From an uncultured Trueperaceae bacterium (lineage in GTDB: Bacteria > Deinococcota > Deinococci > Deinococcales > Trueperaceae), in the NCBI GenBank assembly GCA_963727505.1, contig CAVSGP010000009.1, positions 192,001 to 256,000 of the forward strand: DNA of 64,000 bases, given 5' to 3'. The notes below the pieces were generated by a model, which saw only the letters and a program-made list of their open reading frames with translations, had not been told where the DNA came from and did not search any database. A program made the translations under genes and the position numbers. Below, piece after piece: positions 60,855 through 64,000 of the stretch (within the stretch, counting starts at the first letter, position 1; each line of letters opens with the position of its first letter).

Positions 60855-62642
60855 GTGGGCCACAAACGGAAGGACGCCGACGCGGCCGAGCACAAGGCGC
60901 TCGAGCGCGAGATCGACGAAGCCAAGAAATACGACCCCGAGGATCCACTGTTCGGGTTGACCGTGGAGGAACTGAGCGGGCCGCGGTTGAGCCGACGGGC
61001 CGTCCTTCGCCTGATGGCGGCGGCCGGTGTCCTGTCCGCCCTGCGCTTCACGCCCGGCCTGGAGTCCGTCGCCTACGCGCAGGGAACCACAGGCGGACAC
61101 CTGAAGGCGGGTTGGGCTGGCGTCGGTGAGATCCGGACGCTGGACCCTGCCCAGATCAACCAGGTGCTCGAGTTCCAGATCGCCTCCAACGTGCTCGGAG
61201 GCCTGACCCACATCAACCCGAAGCTGGTCGCGGAGGGCGACCTGGCCGAGGACTGGACGGTGTCGTCCGACGGGCTGCACTACACGTTCAAGCTGCGCCA
61301 GGGCGTCACCTTCCACAACGGCGACCCGTTCACCGCCGACGACGTGCTCTACACCTACAACCGCTCCAAGGACCCCAACCAGTCCATCCAGGCCAGCGTG
61401 CTCGAGGGCGTCGACAGCGTCGACAAGGTCGACGACTACACGGTGCGGTTCAACCTCAAGGCGCCGCAGGCGTCGTTCCTGGTGAAGGTGCTGGAGCGCT
61501 CGAGCGGCCGCGCCATGGCGATCGTGAACCAGCGTGCCATCAAGGAGATGGGGGAGTCCGACTACGGGCTCAAGCCGGTCGGCACCGGCCCCTTCAAGGT
61601 GACCGGGCACCAGTTGGGGCAGGGCGTCGAGCTGGCCAAGTTCGAGAACTACTACGACCCCTCGCGGCCGAAACTGGACCGCGTGACCATCACCCCGATC
61701 GTCGAGCCGGAGCCGCTGGCGGCGGCTATCGAAGCAGGCGACATCCAGATCATCGGCGGTAACCCGCCCGCGGCCGAGCTGATCGACCGTTTCGTGTCGA
61801 ACCCCGACCTGGTCGTGAGTCAGATCCCGGGGCCCGGCTTCCAGTCGCTGTGGATCAACCCCTGGCGCGACGCTTTCAAGGTGACCGACTTCAACAAGCC
61901 GTTCTCGGAGCTGGTGCAGGAGAAGGGCTTCATGGTGCGGCTTGCCATCGCCAAGGCGTTCGACCGGGCCGACTTCATCAAACGCGCCCTGTTCGGCCGC
62001 GGCGTGCCCGCCTTCGGGACCATCAACCCGGCCATGGGCTACTTCTACGACGATGCCATCGACGGCACGAGCGAGCAGCGCTTCGACGTCGCCGCGGCCC
62101 AGAAACTGCTGGCCGACGCCGGCTTCCCCGGCGGCAAGGGCTTCCCGACGCTGAAGCTCTCCATCACGCCGGCCGGGCGGCGCGAGGGCCAGATCATCGC
62201 CGACATCCTCAAGCGCAACCTCGGCATCACGGTGGAGCTCGACGCCAAGGACTTCCCGGTGCTCATCGACCAGTTCGACGCCAACAATTACGACCTGTTG
62301 CGCATCGGCTCGGGCGGCGACTACGATCCGGACGACGGCCTGGTCGACTGGATGCTGACCACCTCGAAGTTCAACGGGCCCAACCGCGACAAGGCCACCG
62401 AGGACTTCGGCTACTTCTCGGACAAGCAGGTCGACGCGCTCGTCGCCCAGGAGCGGACGGAGCCCGACCTGGCCAAGCGCAAGGCGCTGGTGCAGCAGGC
62501 CAACAAGATCACCTCCGACAAGGTGGCGTCCGCCTTCCTCTACCACCCGCTCGACATCCTGGTTTATCGCAAGGACATCGTCTACCCGGCCGAGAGTCGC
62601 ATCCCCGGCCTGGTCGACTTGGACCGCGTCACCTTCGCGTAG
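60855..62642 (+). CDS. Family 5 (Dpp/Opp-type) ABC substrate-binding protein, Tat-exported
   Basis: LSRRAVLRL Tat motif; LAEDWTVS.DG..YTFKLRQGVTFHNG.PFTADDV; PVGTGPF; RBS AAGGAGAG. Confidence 0.9.
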   Translation: MGHKRKDADAAEHKALEREIDEAKKYDPEDPLFGLTVEELSGPRLSRRAVLRLMAAAGVLSALRFTPGLESVAYAQGTTGGHLKAGWAGVGEIRTLDPAQINQVLEFQIASNVLGGLTHINPKLVAEGDLAEDWTVSSDGLHYTFKLRQGVTFHNGDPFTADDVLYTYNRSKDPNQSIQASVLEGVDSVDKVDDYTVRFNLKAPQASFLVKVLERSSGRAMAIVNQRAIKEMGESDYGLKPVGTGPFKVTGHQLGQGVELAKFENYYDPSRPKLDRVTITPIVEPEPLAAAIEAGDIQIIGGNPPAAELIDRFVSNPDLVVSQIPGPGFQSLWINPWRDAFKVTDFNKPFSELVQEKGFMVRLAIAKAFDRADFIKRALFGRGVPAFGTINPAMGYFYDDAIDGTSEQRFDVAAAQKLLADAGFPGGKGFPTLKLSITPAGRREGQIIADILKRNLGITVELDAKDFPVLIDQFDANNYDLLRIGSGGDYDPDDGLVDWMLTTSKFNGPNRDKATEDFGYFSDKQVDALVAQERTEPDLAKRKALVQQANKITSDKVASAFLYHPLDILVYRKDIVYPAESRIPGLVDLDRVTFA

Positions 62643-62662
62643 GCGCGGCGCGGCGTACGTTC

Positions 62663-62693
62663 GGTTGCGGGGCCTCGTAGGGGCCCCGCAACC
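62663..62693. terminator. Intergenic hairpin after the SBP gene
   Basis: ggttgcggggcctc-gtag-gggccccgcaacc. Confidence 0.55.
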
Positions 62694-62758
62694 CCTCGCG
62701 CCGCCTCGCACGAGGCTCTTTCGATCGGCCCCTCGCGGGGGCCCGAGGTAGGACTACC

Positions 62759-63706
62759 GTGACGACCTATCTTCTGAAGCGGATCGTGGCCGCCATCGTG
62801 GTGATGTGGGCCGTGGCGACCCTCGTGTTCTTCATGTTGCGGGCGGTGCCGGGGGACCCCCTGCAGGCCATGCTCTTCGACATCGGCGACCCCCACGCCG
62901 CCGACGTGCTGCGTCACAAGTACGGGCTCGACAAGCCCGTGTACGTGCAGTACGGCCTGTGGATGTGGAACATCGCGCACGGCGACCTCGGCGCCTCGAT
63001 CTACGGCAGCCGGGTTCCGGTAACGCAGATCATCTCGGAGTCGCTGCCGCGCACCATGTCGCTGGCGTTGCTCGCCTTCGTCATCGCCATGGCCATCGCG
63101 GTTCCCGCCGGCATCATCTCGGCCGTTCGCAAGAACTCGGCCCTGGACCACGGCTTCACGTTCCTGGCGTTCCTGGGCCTGTCGATGCCCGACTTCTGGC
63201 TCGGCATCGTGTTGATCATCGTGTTCGCGGTGCATCTGCGGTGGTTCCCGGCCATCGGCTACGCGCCTTTGAGCGACGGCTTCATCCCCTGGATCCGCCA
63301 CCTGATCCTGCCGGCGACCGCCATCGGCACCGCCTTCTCCGCCATCCTGGCTCGCATGATCCGTTCCTCCATGCTCGAGGTGATGAAGATGGACTTCATC
63401 ACCGTGGCCCGCTCCAAGGGGCTGGTCGAGAACCGGGTGGTGTTGAAGCACGCGTTCCGCAACGCCCTCATCCCCGTGGTCACCGTCACCGGCATCGCCT
63501 TCGCGCTGCTCATGGCGGGGGCGGTGGTGGTGGAGAACGTCTTCGCCATCAAGGGGCTGGGACGGGTGTTGATCCAGGGCATCCTGAACCGCGACTACCC
63601 GGTGGTGCAGGGGGCGATCCTGGTTGTCTCCGCCATCTTCGTTGCGACGAATCTCGTGGTCGACGTGCTCTACACGGTCATCGACCCCCGCATCCGGTTG
63701 AGGTGA
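62759..63706 (+). CDS. Peptide ABC permease (DppB-like)
   Basis: PGDP, GLDKP...QY, ARSKGL..VVLKHAFRNALIP, RDYPVVQG, DPRIR. Confidence 0.92.
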   Translation: MTTYLLKRIVAAIVVMWAVATLVFFMLRAVPGDPLQAMLFDIGDPHAADVLRHKYGLDKPVYVQYGLWMWNIAHGDLGASIYGSRVPVTQIISESLPRTMSLALLAFVIAMAIAVPAGIISAVRKNSALDHGFTFLAFLGLSMPDFWLGIVLIIVFAVHLRWFPAIGYAPLSDGFIPWIRHLILPATAIGTAFSAILARMIRSSMLEVMKMDFITVARSKGLVENRVVLKHAFRNALIPVVTVTGIAFALLMAGAVVVENVFAIKGLGRVLIQGILNRDYPVVQGAILVVSAIFVATNLVVDVLYTVIDPRIRLR

Positions 63707-63711
63707 AGCGT

Positions 63712-64000
63712 ATGGCCGAATCCGTTCCGCTCGGACCGACCGCCGTCCAGACGGTGCCCGCCCGCCGCAAGAGGGCGCGCTGGCTCAAGCTGCTGCTCGC
63801 CGACCGGCGCGCGCTCGTGTCCCTGGTGGTGCTGGTGGTGCTGGTCGGCGCCGCCGCCCTGGCGCCGTACGTCTCGCCGGCCGACCCTACCTCGATGGCC
63901 TTCGGCATGATGAGCCCGCCGAGCTGGGCCCACCCCTTCGGCACCGACGATCTCGGCCGCGATTTGCTCAGCCGTGTCATCTACGGCGCGCGGATCTCGC
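63712..64000 (+). CDS. Peptide ABC permease (DppC-like), N-terminal part; truncated by the window edge
   Basis: PPSWAHPFGTDDLGRDLLSRVIYGARIS. Confidence 0.9.
   Translation, partial: MAESVPLGPTAVQTVPARRKRARWLKLLLADRRALVSLVVLVVLVGAAALAPYVSPADPTSMAFGMMSPPSWAHPFGTDDLGRDLLSRVIYGARIS

Overview
This is a high-GC bacterial window, most likely Deinococcota (Truepera/Thermus-like). The inference rests on futalosine menaquinone genes, a non-discriminating archaeal-type AspRS, an HspR HAIR operator and many leaderless TANNNT promoters. Most of it is housekeeping or metabolic: sucB/lpdA, mqnE/mqnA, glgX, hslUV, tdk, aspS2, a glucosylglycerate sugar cluster, a TPP-riboswitch thiamine transporter, pta, mutS2, hsp20, MATE and a peptide-type ABC transporter. 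Three things stand out. (1) A ~14.5 kb island between a deleted and an intact tdk copy encodes a SARP/BTAD-TPR activator, two membrane proteins, a secreted transglutaminase-like protein, a ~1790-aa double-VWA surface protein and a CsgG-like lipoprotein. Three identical-architecture promoters (TTGAC-N6-TTGAC-N10-TA(G/C)GCT) link these genes. (2) A complete ribosome-mediated attenuator with an Asp/Asn leader peptide lies upstream of the non-discriminating aspS. (3) A Crp/Fnr-linked divergent cluster (DUF2249, SufT, cupins, ferredoxin, YwiC) carries two FNR-like boxes. All calls were made by eye from motifs; no database searches were run.
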